Source: Pseudomonas aeruginosa PAO1 (GTDB lineage: Bacteria > Pseudomonadota > Gammaproteobacteria > Pseudomonadales > Pseudomonadaceae). From it: 64,000 nt of DNA. The translations under genes and the position numbers were made by a program. The notes under the pieces were generated by a model, which worked only from the letters and a program-made list of their open reading frames with translations, did no database searches and was not told where the DNA came from. How positions within the stretch are numbered: position 1 is the first letter of the stretch; each line of letters opens with the position of its first letter. This document shows, in pieces, positions 34,859 to 45,069 of the stretch. The stretch is from the NCBI RefSeq assembly GCF_000006765.1, contig NC_002516.2, one strand, 5' to 3'.

Positions 34859-34935
34859 GCGACGCTTCTCTTCATCTCGTCACTGCGTTCGCCTGGCCCC
34901 GCCGGCCCAGGAACCGACTCCAAAGGATTAGCCCC

Positions 34936-36606
34936 ATGAGCATGTTGAAAGACCCTTCGCAGAAATACCGCCCATTCTCGGCCATCAATCTGCCCGACCG
35001 CACCTGGCCGTCGAAGACCATCACCGAGGTGCCGATCTGGTGCAGTTCCGACCTGCGCGACGGCAACCAGTCGCTGATCGAACCGATGGACGCGGCGAAG
35101 AAGATGCGATTCTTCAAGACCCTGGTGCAGGTCGGCCTGAAGCAGATCGAAGTGGCCTTCCCGTCGGCTTCCGATACCGACTTCAACTTCGTCCGCGAGT
35201 TGATCGAAGGCAACCACATCCCGGACGACGTCACCATCCAGGTGCTGACCCAGGCCCGCGAAGACCTGATCACCCGCACCTTCGAATCCCTGCGCGGGGC
35301 GAAGAAGGCCATCGTCCACGTCTACAACGCCACCGCCCCGTCGTTCCGCCGCATCGTCTTCAACCAGGACAAGCAGGGCGTCGTGGACATCGCCACCAAC
35401 GCCGCGAAACTGATCAAGAAGCTGGCCGCCGAGCAACCGGAGACCCAGTGGTCGTTCCAGTACTCGCCGGAAATCTTCAGCTCTACCGAGCTGGAGTTCT
35501 CGGTGGAGGTCTGCAACGCGGTGATCGACGTCTGGCAACCGACCCCGGACAACAAGATCATCCTCAACCTGCCGGCCACCGTGGAGTGCGCCACGCCGAA
35601 CGTCTACGCCGACCAGATCGAATGGTTCGGCCGCCACGTCGACAAGCGTGACAGCGTGATCATCAGCCTGCACACCCACAACGACCGTGGCACCGGCGTG
35701 GCCGCCACCGAGCTGGGCCTGATGGCCGGCGCCGACCGCGTCGAAGGTTGCCTGTTCGGCAACGGCGAGCGCACCGGCAACGTCGACCTGGTGACCCTGG
35801 CCTTGAACATGTACACCCAGGGCCTGCATCCGCAACTGGACTTCTCCGACATCGACGCGGTGCGCAAGGTGGTCGAAGAGTGCAACCAGTTGCCGGTCCA
35901 CCCGCGCCATCCATATGTCGGCGACCTGGTCCATACCGCTTTCTCCGGCTCGCACCAGGATGCCATTCGCAAGGGCTTCGCCCAGCAAAAGGAAGACGCG
36001 ATCTGGGAAGTGCCGTACCTGCCGATCGATCCGGCCGACATCGGCCGCGACTACGAAGCGGTGATCCGGGTCAACAGCCAGTCCGGCAAGGGCGGCATCA
36101 CCTTCCTGCTCGAACAGGAGTACGGCATCAGCCTGCCGCGGCGCATGCAGATCGAGTTCAGCCAGGTAGTGCAAGGCGAGACCGACCGTCTCGGCCTGGA
36201 AATGACCGCACAACAGATCTACTCGCTGCTGGAAAACGAATACCTCAAGGCGACCTCGCCCTACGTCCTCGCCAGCCATCGCCTGCAGGAAGAGAACGGC
36301 ACCAGCGCCGTCGACCTGGAAGTCTCCTTCGACGGCGAGAAGCAGCACTGGCGCGGGATCGGCAAGGGACCGCTGGAAGCCTTGGTGGCCGCCCTGCCGG
36401 TCAAGGCGGAAATCATGGACTACCATGAGCACGCCATCGGCGCCGGCGCCAATGCCAAGGCCGCGGCCTATATCGAGATCCGCCTGGAGGGCCAGCGCCC
36501 GCTGCACGGCATCGGCATCGACGAGAACATCACCACCGCCAGCTTCCGCGCCCTGTTCAGCGCGCTGAACCGCGCGGTGACCCAGGCCGAGGCCAAGGCG
36601 GCCTGA
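34936..36606 (+). CDS. leuA: 2-isopropylmalate synthase
   Basis: DLRDGNQ, HTHNDRG and GNGERTGN; AAGGA RBS before ATG at 34936. Confidence 0.97.
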   Translation: MSMLKDPSQKYRPFSAINLPDRTWPSKTITEVPIWCSSDLRDGNQSLIEPMDAAKKMRFFKTLVQVGLKQIEVAFPSASDTDFNFVRELIEGNHIPDDVTIQVLTQAREDLITRTFESLRGAKKAIVHVYNATAPSFRRIVFNQDKQGVVDIATNAAKLIKKLAAEQPETQWSFQYSPEIFSSTELEFSVEVCNAVIDVWQPTPDNKIILNLPATVECATPNVYADQIEWFGRHVDKRDSVIISLHTHNDRGTGVAATELGLMAGADRVEGCLFGNGERTGNVDLVTLALNMYTQGLHPQLDFSDIDAVRKVVEECNQLPVHPRHPYVGDLVHTAFSGSHQDAIRKGFAQQKEDAIWEVPYLPIDPADIGRDYEAVIRVNSQSGKGGITFLLEQEYGISLPRRMQIEFSQVVQGETDRLGLEMTAQQIYSLLENEYLKATSPYVLASHRLQEENGTSAVDLEVSFDGEKQHWRGIGKGPLEALVAALPVKAEIMDYHEHAIGAGANAKAAAYIEIRLEGQRPLHGIGIDENITTASFRALFSALNRAVTQAEAKAA

Positions 36607-36620
36607 CCGGCACGGAAGGG

Positions 36621-36650
36621 AAAAAAGGGAGCCAGGCGGCTCCCTTTTTT
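36621..36650. terminator. Bidirectional intrinsic terminator
   Basis: AAAAAAGGGAGCC-AGGC-GGCTCCCTTTTTT. Confidence 0.9.
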
Positions 36651-36676
36651 CATGGGCATCTTTCAGCTGAGTCGCT

Positions 36677-37009
36677 TCACTCATCCTCGCCGCTGGCGCT
36701 GACCGCTCCCAGGCAACGGAGCTGGTACGCCCCCTCCCCTGTGGTCAGGCGCCAGGACTCGCCATCGGCCTGGGGCTCGGCTTCCATCACCGCGTTGTAG
36801 GAAAAACGCCACTCGCGACGGGTGCGTCCATCCAGGCTTTCCACCGCCAGCACCCAGTCTTCGCTGGCGAACGGCTGGTCGGCTTCCGCCGCCAGGTCCG
36901 CCTGGTCCAGCAGGTTCTCGTTGAGTTCGAAGCGCCAGGCGTGCAGACCGTCGATCTCGAGCATGTCGGCGGTTTCCAGTTCATCGAGCAGGTAGCGTTG
37001 TGTAGTCAT
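36677..37009 (-). CDS. Small acidic hypothetical protein
   Basis: 110-aa ORF that fills the gap, with protein-like composition. Confidence 0.7.
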   Translation of the reverse strand: MTTQRYLLDELETADMLEIDGLHAWRFELNENLLDQADLAAEADQPFASEDWVLAVESLDGRTRREWRFSYNAVMEAEPQADGESWRLTTGEGAYQLRCLGAVSASGEDE

Positions 37010-37062
37010 GGCCAGTCATCGCGGATAAAGAACTCATGATAAGGCAAAGCGCGGGCTGCCCC

Positions 37063-37518
37063 TCACACCACCAGCATCACCACCGGGATCGCTACCGACA
37101 GGACCACCAACATGAACAGCAGGCCGATCCCCGCCGCCCGCCAGTTGGAAATGAACGCTCCGCCCGCTGCCTTGTGGCTGTCCAGGGCCGGACCGAAGGC
37201 TGATTTGGCGTAGTAGACCATGCCGAATATCTGCGCCACCGTGAAGCCGATCGAGGGGATGTTCTCCGGCAGTATCGCGCCCAGAACTGGCAGCAGGACA
37301 AACAGGCAGAGGCCGACCAGCCAGGTTTTCCCGACTTCCTGCGCCCGTCCCAGGCGACGGAGATTCACCGCCGCGAGGAAGGCACCGGCCAGGGGCGTGC
37401 CGATGAAGGTACCCAGACCGATCGCGGAAAGCCTGTACAGCGGCTCGCCATGGGTGGCGTCAGGCTCGTCCAGGCGGGCCTCCGGTGGGCGGAACGGATT
37501 CTCGGTGTCGCTGTTCAT
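37063..37518 (-). CDS. Hypothetical membrane protein
   Basis: NPFRPP N-terminus and about 4 hydrophobic segments; GGGAG RBS. Confidence 0.7.
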   Translation of the reverse strand: MNSDTENPFRPPEARLDEPDATHGEPLYRLSAIGLGTFIGTPLAGAFLAAVNLRRLGRAQEVGKTWLVGLCLFVLLPVLGAILPENIPSIGFTVAQIFGMVYYAKSAFGPALDSHKAAGGAFISNWRAAGIGLLFMLVVLSVAIPVVMLVV

Positions 37519-37698
37519 GCGTGTGCTCCCTGCGGATATTTACTGAAGCTTTACCAGGGCCGGCATTGGAAAATCCCGGCAACCGGCAGAGTCTATAGGA
37601 CGCTGCGCGCCGGCTGAACATTCCGCACCCGCCGGGAGTCACAGCAAGACGTGCGAACGAAAGCGCCCACACAGGACCGCACTCAGGAGGGATGACGC

Positions 37699-38649
37699 AT
37701 GACCACACGCAAACTCGGCAACTCCGGCCTGGAGATACCGGCACTGGTATTCGGCGGCAACGTCTTCGGCTGGACTGCCGACGAAAGCACCTCCTTCAGG
37801 CTGCTGGACGCCCTGCTCGACGCCGGCCTGAACTGCATCGACACCGCCGACGTCTATTCGCGCTGGGTTCCCGGGCACCAGGGCGGCGAGTCGGAAACCC
37901 TCATCGGCAAGTGGCTGAAACGCACCGGCAAACGCGACCGCATGGTGATCGCCAGCAAGGTCGGGATGGACATGGGCAATGGCCACAAAGGTCTCTCCGC
38001 CGCCTATATCGAGCAGGCCCTGGAGCGCTCGCTACGACGCCTGCAGACCGACTACCTGGACCTCTACCAGTCGCACACCGACGATCCCCACACCGACCTG
38101 GAGGAAACCCTTTCCACCTATGGCGAACTGATCAAGAAAGGCAAGGTACGGGTCATCGGCGCCTCCAACTACGACGCCCGGCGCCTCCTCGAAGCACGCC
38201 AGGTCAGCGCCCGGCTTAACCTACCGAGCTACCAGAGCCTGCAACCCGAATACAACCTGTACGATCGCGCCGACTACGAGACCAACCTGGAGCCGACGGT
38301 GGAAGAACTCGGTATCGGGGTGATCAGCTACTACTCGCTGGCCAGCGGCTTCCTCAGCGGCAAGTACCGCAACCAGGCCGACACCGCCGGGCGAGCCCGG
38401 GGAGAGAAGGTGAAGGGTTATCTCAACGAGCGCGGCGTGGCCATCCTCGCGGCGCTCGACGAAGTGGCCGAGCAGTACAACGCCAACCCGACCCAGGTCG
38501 CCCTGGCCTGGCTCATCGCTCGTCCGACGGTGACCGCGCCGATCGCCAGCGCCACCAGCCTGGAACAGCTCGACGACCTGATCGCCGCCACCCACCTGAA
38601 GCTCGACGAACAGGCGATCCACCGCCTGGACAGCGCCAGCGCCTATTGA
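37699..38649 (+). CDS. Aldo/keto reductase
   Basis: IDTADVY, IASKVG, LQTDYLDLYQSH and IGASNY. Confidence 0.92.
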   Translation: MTTRKLGNSGLEIPALVFGGNVFGWTADESTSFRLLDALLDAGLNCIDTADVYSRWVPGHQGGESETLIGKWLKRTGKRDRMVIASKVGMDMGNGHKGLSAAYIEQALERSLRRLQTDYLDLYQSHTDDPHTDLEETLSTYGELIKKGKVRVIGASNYDARRLLEARQVSARLNLPSYQSLQPEYNLYDRADYETNLEPTVEELGIGVISYYSLASGFLSGKYRNQADTAGRARGEKVKGYLNERGVAILAALDEVAEQYNANPTQVALAWLIARPTVTAPIASATSLEQLDDLIAATHLKLDEQAIHRLDSASAY

Positions 38650-38686
38650 CCGACCTGCCGTCGAGGGCGGCCTCGCCCCGTTGAGT

Positions 38687-38719
38687 GGAGCGGATAACCG
38701 TATCGCGGCTATCCGCTCC
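38687..38719. repeat. REP-like palindrome / bidirectional hairpin
   Basis: GGAGCGGATAACCG-N5-CGGCTATCCGCTCC between convergent genes; resembles the GCGGATAAC..TTATCCGC extragenic palindromes of P. aeruginosa. Confidence 0.55.
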
Positions 38720-38736
38720 GCATCGACGGGAAAGCC

Positions 38737-39324
38737 TTAGCTGAAGCGCGCCAGCAGCGAACCGATGTCCAGGTCGCCCTGCGGCGCCTGGCCGTCCGGC
38801 GTCAGCTTGTTGACCAATTCCGGCAGCAGGCTGCTCAGGTGTTCGGCCGCCTCGCCCTGGCTGACTCCGGCGGAGTCCGCCAGTTGCTGCAATTGACCGT
38901 CGCCGAAGACCCGGGAAATGTCCGCCGCCGACACCGACTGGTTCGGCCCACCGCCGATCCAGGAATTCAGGGCATCGCCCAAGCCTGCGTTCTGGAGCAT
39001 CTGGAACAACCCGCCGAGTCCGCCCAGTGAGCCGGCCTCCACGCCCGGCGCCGCCTGCCCGGCACCGCCCGCGGCGCCACCGAGCAGATCGCCGAGGACG
39101 CCACCCAGCCCGCCGCTCGCGGCCCCGCCGCCGGCACCACCAAGGATGCTGCCCAGCGAACCGAGCAGACCACCGCCATCGCCACCGCCCTGTGCCGCAC
39201 CGCCCTGGCGCGACATCAGCATGGTCACCAGCCCGATCAACAGGGCCACTTTCGGATCGCGAGCACCTCCCTGTCCTTCAGAGCCACCCAGCGCCGAACC
39301 GAGAATCGAATCGAGCAGTCCCAT
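38737..39324 (-). CDS. YidB/DUF937-family protein with Gly-rich insert
   Basis: GLGDALNSWIGGGPNQ and LPELVNKLTPDG. Confidence 0.8.
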   Translation of the reverse strand: MGLLDSILGSALGGSEGQGGARDPKVALLIGLVTMLMSRQGGAAQGGGDGGGLLGSLGSILGGAGGGAASGGLGGVLGDLLGGAAGGAGQAAPGVEAGSLGGLGGLFQMLQNAGLGDALNSWIGGGPNQSVSAADISRVFGDGQLQQLADSAGVSQGEAAEHLSSLLPELVNKLTPDGQAPQGDLDIGSLLARFS

Positions 39325-39457
39325 TGGTCTTCCTCCTGATCTGATGCCCACGGCGCGGCGCCGCGGGATACGGGTAACTCCATTCCCGGCACTGCGCCAT
39401 CATGCGCAGCGCCGGGTCATGGCCTCGGACATCGACCGGAAGCGGACGTTCCGGCAC

Positions 39458-40252
39458 TCAAGGATGGATTTCGAAGCGATCCGCGTCCATGTAGGCCGGG
39501 AAACGCTGGCGATAGGCCGCCAGTGCCGCCGCGTCCAGCCGGACGCGGAACACGCCGTCGGCGTCCGCCGCGTTGAACAGGCTGTCGCCCTGGAAGTCCA
39601 GGACCTGGCTATCCCCAGCGTAGCGCAAGGCGTTGCCGTCTTCGCCGATACGGTTCACCGCCACCACGTAGCAAAGGTTCTCGATCGCCCGCGCCGGCAG
39701 CAGGCGGTTCCAGTGCTGTCGACGAGGCGCGGGCCAGTTGGCGGTGTAGAGCAACAGGTCGGTGTCGTGCGGGTCGCGGCTCCACACCGGGAAACGCAGG
39801 TCGTAGCAGATCAGCGGGCGCACCCGCCAGCCCTTGAGTTCGAACAGTTCCTGGCGTTCGCCGGGACTGTAGTGCTCGTGTTCGCCGGCCATGCGGAACA
39901 GATGGCGCTTGTCGTAGTGCAGCATCTCGCCGTCCGGACGCGCCCAGAGCAGGCGGTTGCGATGGCTGCCGTCGGCGAGCTGGACGATCAGGCTGCCGGT
40001 GACCACCGCGCCAAGGCGCCGGGCCTGCTCCAGCAGCCAGGCATGGGTCGGCCCCAGTTCGGGCTCGGCCTGCTCGGCCGAAGCCATGCTGAAACCCGTG
40101 GTGAACATCTCCGGGAGGACCACCAGATCGGCGCCGGCGGCGCTCTCCAGCAGGGCGGCGAAATGCTCGCGGTTGGCCTGGGCGTCGTGCCAGACCAGGG
40201 AGGATTGGACCAGGGCGATGTCCAGGTCCGGCAGAACCGTCAGATCGCGCAT
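39458..40252 (-). CDS. Nitrilase-superfamily amidohydrolase (omega-amidase, YafV-like)
   Basis: VLPEMF, YDKRHLF and ICYDLRFP catalytic motifs. Confidence 0.88.
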   Translation of the reverse strand: MRDLTVLPDLDIALVQSSLVWHDAQANREHFAALLESAAGADLVVLPEMFTTGFSMASAEQAEPELGPTHAWLLEQARRLGAVVTGSLIVQLADGSHRNRLLWARPDGEMLHYDKRHLFRMAGEHEHYSPGERQELFELKGWRVRPLICYDLRFPVWSRDPHDTDLLLYTANWPAPRRQHWNRLLPARAIENLCYVVAVNRIGEDGNALRYAGDSQVLDFQGDSLFNAADADGVFRVRLDAAALAAYRQRFPAYMDADRFEIHP

Positions 40253-41388
40253 AGCTTTTCCGCTGCCTGACGCAGCGTCTCCTCGCGTTTGGCGTAACAG
40301 AACCGGACCAGCCGCATGGCGTCCGGAGCCTTTTCATAAAACACCGAAACCGGGATCGCCGCCACTCCGTGTTCGCGGGTCAGCCACTCGGCCATGGCCA
40401 CGTCGTCCAGGTCCGGACGGATGGCCGAATAGTCCACGCACTGGAAGTAGGTGCCCGGCGCACGGGTAAAACGGAAGCGAGAGTCCAGCAGCAGGTCGCA
40501 GAACAGGTCGCGCTTGGCCTGGTAGAAGCCGGGCAATTGCCGCAAGTGCTCCGGATGGCCGGCCATGTAGTCCGCCAATGCCCATTGCAGCGGCGTGACG
40601 CCACAGAAGTTGACGTACTGGTGAACCTTGCGCAGCTCCGCGCTGAGCGCCGGCGGCGCGACCACGTAGCCGGTCTTCCAGCCGGTGACGTGGTAGGTCT
40701 TGCCGAACGAACTGACCACGAAGGAACGCGGATACAACTCGTCGTGGGACAGCACGCTGGTATGGGCGACACCGTCGAACACCAGGTGCTCGTAGACCTC
40801 GTCGCTGATCAGATAGATATCCCGGTCGCGGATCAGCGCGGCCAGGCGGTCCAGTTCCTCGCGGCTGATCAGCGCGCCGCTGGGGTTGTGCGGGGTATTG
40901 ATGATGACCAGCCGGGTACGCGGCCCGATGGCCTCGGCCATGCGCTGCCAGTCGATGGAGAAGTCCGGCAGCGCCAGCGGCACGTGCACGCAACGCCCGC
41001 CGGCGAGTTGCACGGAGGGTTCGTAGCTGTCGTAGGACGGGTCGAGCACCACCACTTCGTCGCCCGGATGGACCAGCGCCTGGATCGCGCTGAAGATCGC
41101 CTCGGTCGCCCCCGGCGTGATGGTCACCTCGCTGTCGGCGCTCACCCGGCGTCCATAGAACTGCTCGATCTTCTTCGCCACCTGCTCGCGCAGGGCCGGC
41201 AAGCCGGTCATCGGCGCGTACTGGTTGTGCCCGGCGGCGATATGCCTACCTACCGCCTCGCGCAACTCCGGCGGGCCGTCGAAATCGGGAAAGCCCTGGG
41301 AGAGGTTGATCGCGCCACACTCGGCGGCCAGTTGCGACATGCGGGTGAAGATGGTGGTGCCGACATTCGGCAGCTTGCTCTGAATCAT
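40240..41388 (-). CDS. Class I PLP aminotransferase (YbdL / methionine-glutamine transaminase type)
   Basis: AINLSQGFPDF, NTPHNP, SDEVY and SFGKTYHVTGWK. Confidence 0.88.
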   Translation of the reverse strand: MIQSKLPNVGTTIFTRMSQLAAECGAINLSQGFPDFDGPPELREAVGRHIAAGHNQYAPMTGLPALREQVAKKIEQFYGRRVSADSEVTITPGATEAIFSAIQALVHPGDEVVVLDPSYDSYEPSVQLAGGRCVHVPLALPDFSIDWQRMAEAIGPRTRLVIINTPHNPSGALISREELDRLAALIRDRDIYLISDEVYEHLVFDGVAHTSVLSHDELYPRSFVVSSFGKTYHVTGWKTGYVVAPPALSAELRKVHQYVNFCGVTPLQWALADYMAGHPEHLRQLPGFYQAKRDLFCDLLLDSRFRFTRAPGTYFQCVDYSAIRPDLDDVAMAEWLTREHGVAAIPVSVFYEKAPDAMRLVRFCYAKREETLRQAAEKLCAI

Positions 41389-41641
41389 CGGGACTTCCTG
41401 CAGAGACTCGCCGGACGACAGCCCGGCCAGACGGGTGGCAGGGCAGGATAGCCGATCCGGGAGCGACGCTGCAGGGGCACGCCTTAGAAAAAACCGTGAC
41501 CGCCTCAGGTCAGAGGGGAATATGCGCCAGGCGATGGCGCAGGACGAATAACCACCTCGCGATCATTCGTCGCCACGACAGGGAATCGGCGGTCAACGCC
41601 GGCGGCCTGGTTCGTCCCGCGGGCTACAGCCGCGGCCAATG

Positions 41642-41675
41642 AAAAAGGCCCGACAAGGATCCCTGCCGGGCCTTT
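41642..41675 (-). terminator. Terminator after der
   Basis: AAAGGCCCG/CGGGCCTTT stem with a T run on the minus strand. Confidence 0.7.
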
Positions 41676-41695
41676 CGACGAAGGAAACGCCACCC

Positions 41696-43177
41696 TCAGC
41701 GGCGCTTGTCCTTCTTCTTCTTCTCGGCTTTCTTGTGGTGCGACATCAGCCGGCGCTTCTTGTTGACCTGGCGCGCGGTGAGCGAGTTCTTCTTGCCCTC
41801 GTAGGGGTTCTCGCCGCCCTTGTACTCGATGCGGATCGGCGTACCGACCAGCTTCAATACCCGCCGGTAGGTCTTCTCCAGGTAGCGGGTATAGGCCTTC
41901 GGCACCGCGTCCACCTGGTTGCCGTGGATCACGATCAGCGGCGGATTGGCGCCGCCCAGGTGGGCGTAGCGCAGCTTGATCCGGCGACCGTTGACCATCG
42001 GCGGCTGGTGCACCTGCACGGCGTCCTCGAGGATGCTGGTCAGGCGGCTGGTCGGCCAGCGGGTCACCGCCGAACGGAAGGACTCCTGGACCGACTTGTA
42101 GAGATGGCCGACGCCGGTGCCATGCAGGGCCGAAATGAAATGGATGTCGGCGAAGTCGACGAACAGCAGGCGCCGCTCCAGTTCGGTCTTCACGTAGTCA
42201 CGCTCGGCCGCCTCCATGCCATCCCACTTGTTCAGGGCAATGACCAGGGCACGGCCGGTCTCGAGGACGAAGCCGAGCAGGTTGAGGTCGTGCTCGACCA
42301 CCCCTTCGCGGGCGTCCATGACGAAGATCACCACGTTGGCGTCCTGGATCGCCTGGAGGGTCTTCACCACCGAGAACTTTTCCACCGCCTCGAAGATCTT
42401 GCCGCGACGCCGCACGCCAGCGGTGTCGATCAGGGTGTACTTCTCCTCGTTGCGCTCGAACGGGATGTAGATGCTGTCGCGGGTGGTGCCGGCCTGGTCG
42501 TAGACGATCACCCGCTCTTCGCCGAGCATGCGGTTGACCAGGGTCGACTTGCCCACGTTGGGCCGGCCGATGATGGCGATCTTGATCCCGTCCTTCTCGC
42601 TGGGACCGGGAATCCGGGTCGGTTCCTCGCCTTCGGCGACCTCTTCGCTCGCCGGCTCGCCCTCGCCTTCTTCCTCCGCGTTGTCCTTGGGGAAGATCCC
42701 CAGGGCTTCCTGCAGCATATGGTTGATGCCGCGACCGTGGGCGGCGGCGATCGGCAGCGCATCGCCCAGGCCCAGCGGGCTGAACTCGGCGCGAGCGAGA
42801 TCGGGATCGATGGTGTCGACCTTGTTGGCGATCAGGAAGCTGCGCTTGTTCCGCTTGCGCAGGTGCTCGGCGATCATCTGGTCGGCGGCGGTCATGCCGG
42901 CGCGCGAATCGACCAGGAACAGGACGGCATCCGCCTCCTCGATGGCCTGCAACGATTGCTCGGCCATTTTCGCATCGATGCCTTCCTCATCGCCGGAGAT
43001 GCCTCCGGTATCGATGACGATATAGGTGCGGCCCTGCCAGCGCGCCTCGCCGTACTGGCGATCGCGGGTCAGGCCTGCGTACTCCGCCACGATGGCGTCG
43101 CGCGACTTGGTCAGGCGGTTGAACAGAGTGGACTTGCCGACGTTCGGGCGACCCACCAGGGCAATAACGGGAACCAT
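41696..43177 (-). CDS. der: Ribosome biogenesis GTPase Der (EngA)
   Basis: Two GRPNVGKS P-loops. Confidence 0.98.
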   Translation of the reverse strand: MVPVIALVGRPNVGKSTLFNRLTKSRDAIVAEYAGLTRDRQYGEARWQGRTYIVIDTGGISGDEEGIDAKMAEQSLQAIEEADAVLFLVDSRAGMTAADQMIAEHLRKRNKRSFLIANKVDTIDPDLARAEFSPLGLGDALPIAAAHGRGINHMLQEALGIFPKDNAEEEGEGEPASEEVAEGEEPTRIPGPSEKDGIKIAIIGRPNVGKSTLVNRMLGEERVIVYDQAGTTRDSIYIPFERNEEKYTLIDTAGVRRRGKIFEAVEKFSVVKTLQAIQDANVVIFVMDAREGVVEHDLNLLGFVLETGRALVIALNKWDGMEAAERDYVKTELERRLLFVDFADIHFISALHGTGVGHLYKSVQESFRSAVTRWPTSRLTSILEDAVQVHQPPMVNGRRIKLRYAHLGGANPPLIVIHGNQVDAVPKAYTRYLEKTYRRVLKLVGTPIRIEYKGGENPYEGKKNSLTARQVNKKRRLMSHHKKAEKKKKDKRR

Positions 43178-43254
43178 GCGGCTCTCCACGAGAATTCAGA
43201 AAACACAAAGGCCGCTGACGTCGGACGGCAGCGGCCGGACACTTGAAACCCAGT

Positions 43255-44397
43255 CTAGCGGATGGTGTAGGCGACGAGCTTGCCACCGTTGCCGAACACG
43301 TACATCCAGCTCCCGACCACCAGCGGACGAACCCGCACGCCATCGCTGTCGACCCGCTCGCGACCGACGAAGCGACCGTCCACCTGGCTCAGCAGGTGCA
43401 CGTAGCCTTCCAGGTCGCCGACCACCACGTTGCTGGAGAACACCGCCGGAGCCGACAGTTGGCGACGCGCCAGGGCGTCGTTGTTCCACAGCGAAGAAGC
43501 GCCGCGCGAGTCCAGGCCTTCCACCGAACCGCTGGCCTGGCTGACGTAGATATTGCCGAAGCCTTCGGCGACGCCGACGTAGCTCGACGCTTCGCGCTGC
43601 CAGAGCAGGCGGCCGCTGTTCACGTCCAGCGCCGCGGCACGGCCCTGGTAGCTGACCACGTAGAGGGTGTCGCCGGACAGCAGGAGGCCGCCGTCGATGT
43701 CCACCACGCGATCCAGTTCGGAACGCCCCTGGGGAATCGCTACCCGCTGCTCCCAGATCGGCAGGCCGCGCTGTACGTCGACCGCCACTACCTTGCCGCT
43801 GGCCAGGCCAGCCAGGGCCATGTTGCCGGCAATCAGCGGCGCGCCGGTGCCGCGCAGGGTCAGCACCGGCACGGTGCTTTCGTAGATCCAGCGCTGGTCG
43901 CCGCTGGCCGCATCGAGGCCGATCAGCTTGTCGTCCTGGGTCTGCACCACCACCACGTCGCCATTGGTGGCCGGCGCCGACAGCACTTCGCTGTTGACTC
44001 GCTTGGTCCACTTCTTCTTGCCGGTGGCTTCGTCGAGGGCGATCACGTCACCGCGCAGGGTACCCACCAGCACCAGGCCGTAGCCAACGCCGACACCGCC
44101 GGAAACCGGACGTTCCAGGTCCTTCTTCCAGAGCACGTCGCCGGTCTCGCGCTGGATCGCCATCACCCGCCCTTCGGCGGACGCGGCGTAGATGGTGGAA
44201 CCATCGACGGCCGGTTCGAGCAGGTTGTACAGGTCGCCCTGACCATCACCGACCGAGCGGCTCCACTGCTTGCTCAACACGACTTCCTCTTTGAAGTCGG
44301 TCAGTTCGGCGGGCGGGAGTTCCTTCTTGCTGTTGCTGCTGCAACCCACGACCGCCAGGGCCAGGGCGAGCAGCGCCGCGTGTTTCCATTGCACCAT
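43255..44397 (-). CDS. bamB: Outer membrane protein assembly factor BamB
   Basis: Lipobox (VVGC) and PQQ beta-propeller repeats. Confidence 0.95.
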   Translation of the reverse strand: MVQWKHAALLALALAVVGCSSNSKKELPPAELTDFKEEVVLSKQWSRSVGDGQGDLYNLLEPAVDGSTIYAASAEGRVMAIQRETGDVLWKKDLERPVSGGVGVGYGLVLVGTLRGDVIALDEATGKKKWTKRVNSEVLSAPATNGDVVVVQTQDDKLIGLDAASGDQRWIYESTVPVLTLRGTGAPLIAGNMALAGLASGKVVAVDVQRGLPIWEQRVAIPQGRSELDRVVDIDGGLLLSGDTLYVVSYQGRAAALDVNSGRLLWQREASSYVGVAEGFGNIYVSQASGSVEGLDSRGASSLWNNDALARRQLSAPAVFSSNVVVGDLEGYVHLLSQVDGRFVGRERVDSDGVRVRPLVVGSWMYVFGNGGKLVAYTIR

Positions 44398-44398
44398 C

Positions 44399-45043
44399 TC
44401 AGGCCTCTCCCTTGGACAGGTCGTCGAGCTTGATCTGCAGGGCATCGCCGGCACCGTCTTCGGGCAGCGACTGCTTGGCTTTCTCGTAGGCCGCGCGCGC
44501 CTCGTCGGTGCGCTTGAGCTGCACCAGCAGGTCGCCCCTGAGCTCCTCGCGGGTCGAGACGTAGGCCTTGTCGGCATCTCCATCGAGCAGCTTCAGGCCT
44601 TCCTCGACCTTGCCCTGGGCCGCCAGGACCCGGGCCAGGCGCTGCCGCGCCAGTTCGCCGAGGGTGGCGTCGGCCGGCTTGTCCATGACCGCCTTCAGCT
44701 CGGCAACGGCGTCATCCAGCTTGCCGCTGTCGACCGCGACCTTGGCCACGAACAGGCTGCCGTACTGGGCATAATGGGTGCCGCCGAACTCGCTCTTCAG
44801 CTTGCCAGCCAGCTCCGCCACCTTCGCCGGATCCGGCTGGCCGGCCGGATTCAGCGCGGTTTCGATCAGTTGCTGGTAGACGATCGAGGCGCCCTGCGCC
44901 TGGTTGGTCTGGTACTTCTGCCAGGCCTGCCAGCCGAATACCACTGCCAGCGCGAGGATGCCGCCGGTGACCAGGGGCTTGCCGTTGCGCTGCCACCAGT
45001 CCTTGATCTGCGCCAGGTCTTCGTCTTCGGTACGCGATGTCAC
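44399..45043 (-). CDS. yfgM: YfgM-family TPR membrane protein
   Basis: IKDWWQRNGK followed by a TM segment and TPR; conserved position between hisS and bamB. Confidence 0.88.
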   Translation of the reverse strand: MTSRTEDEDLAQIKDWWQRNGKPLVTGGILALAVVFGWQAWQKYQTNQAQGASIVYQQLIETALNPAGQPDPAKVAELAGKLKSEFGGTHYAQYGSLFVAKVAVDSGKLDDAVAELKAVMDKPADATLGELARQRLARVLAAQGKVEEGLKLLDGDADKAYVSTREELRGDLLVQLKRTDEARAAYEKAKQSLPEDGAGDALQIKLDDLSKGEA

Positions 45044-45069
45044 CCCAATCACTCCTATTCTTTATGTTC

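Noticed and set aside
34828-34935. N-terminal extension of leuA in the ORF track; similar extensions for mltF, guaB, ndk, bamB, ispG, hscB and trmJ
   Set aside because: Downstream starts have a better RBS or promoter fit, and family homology begins there.
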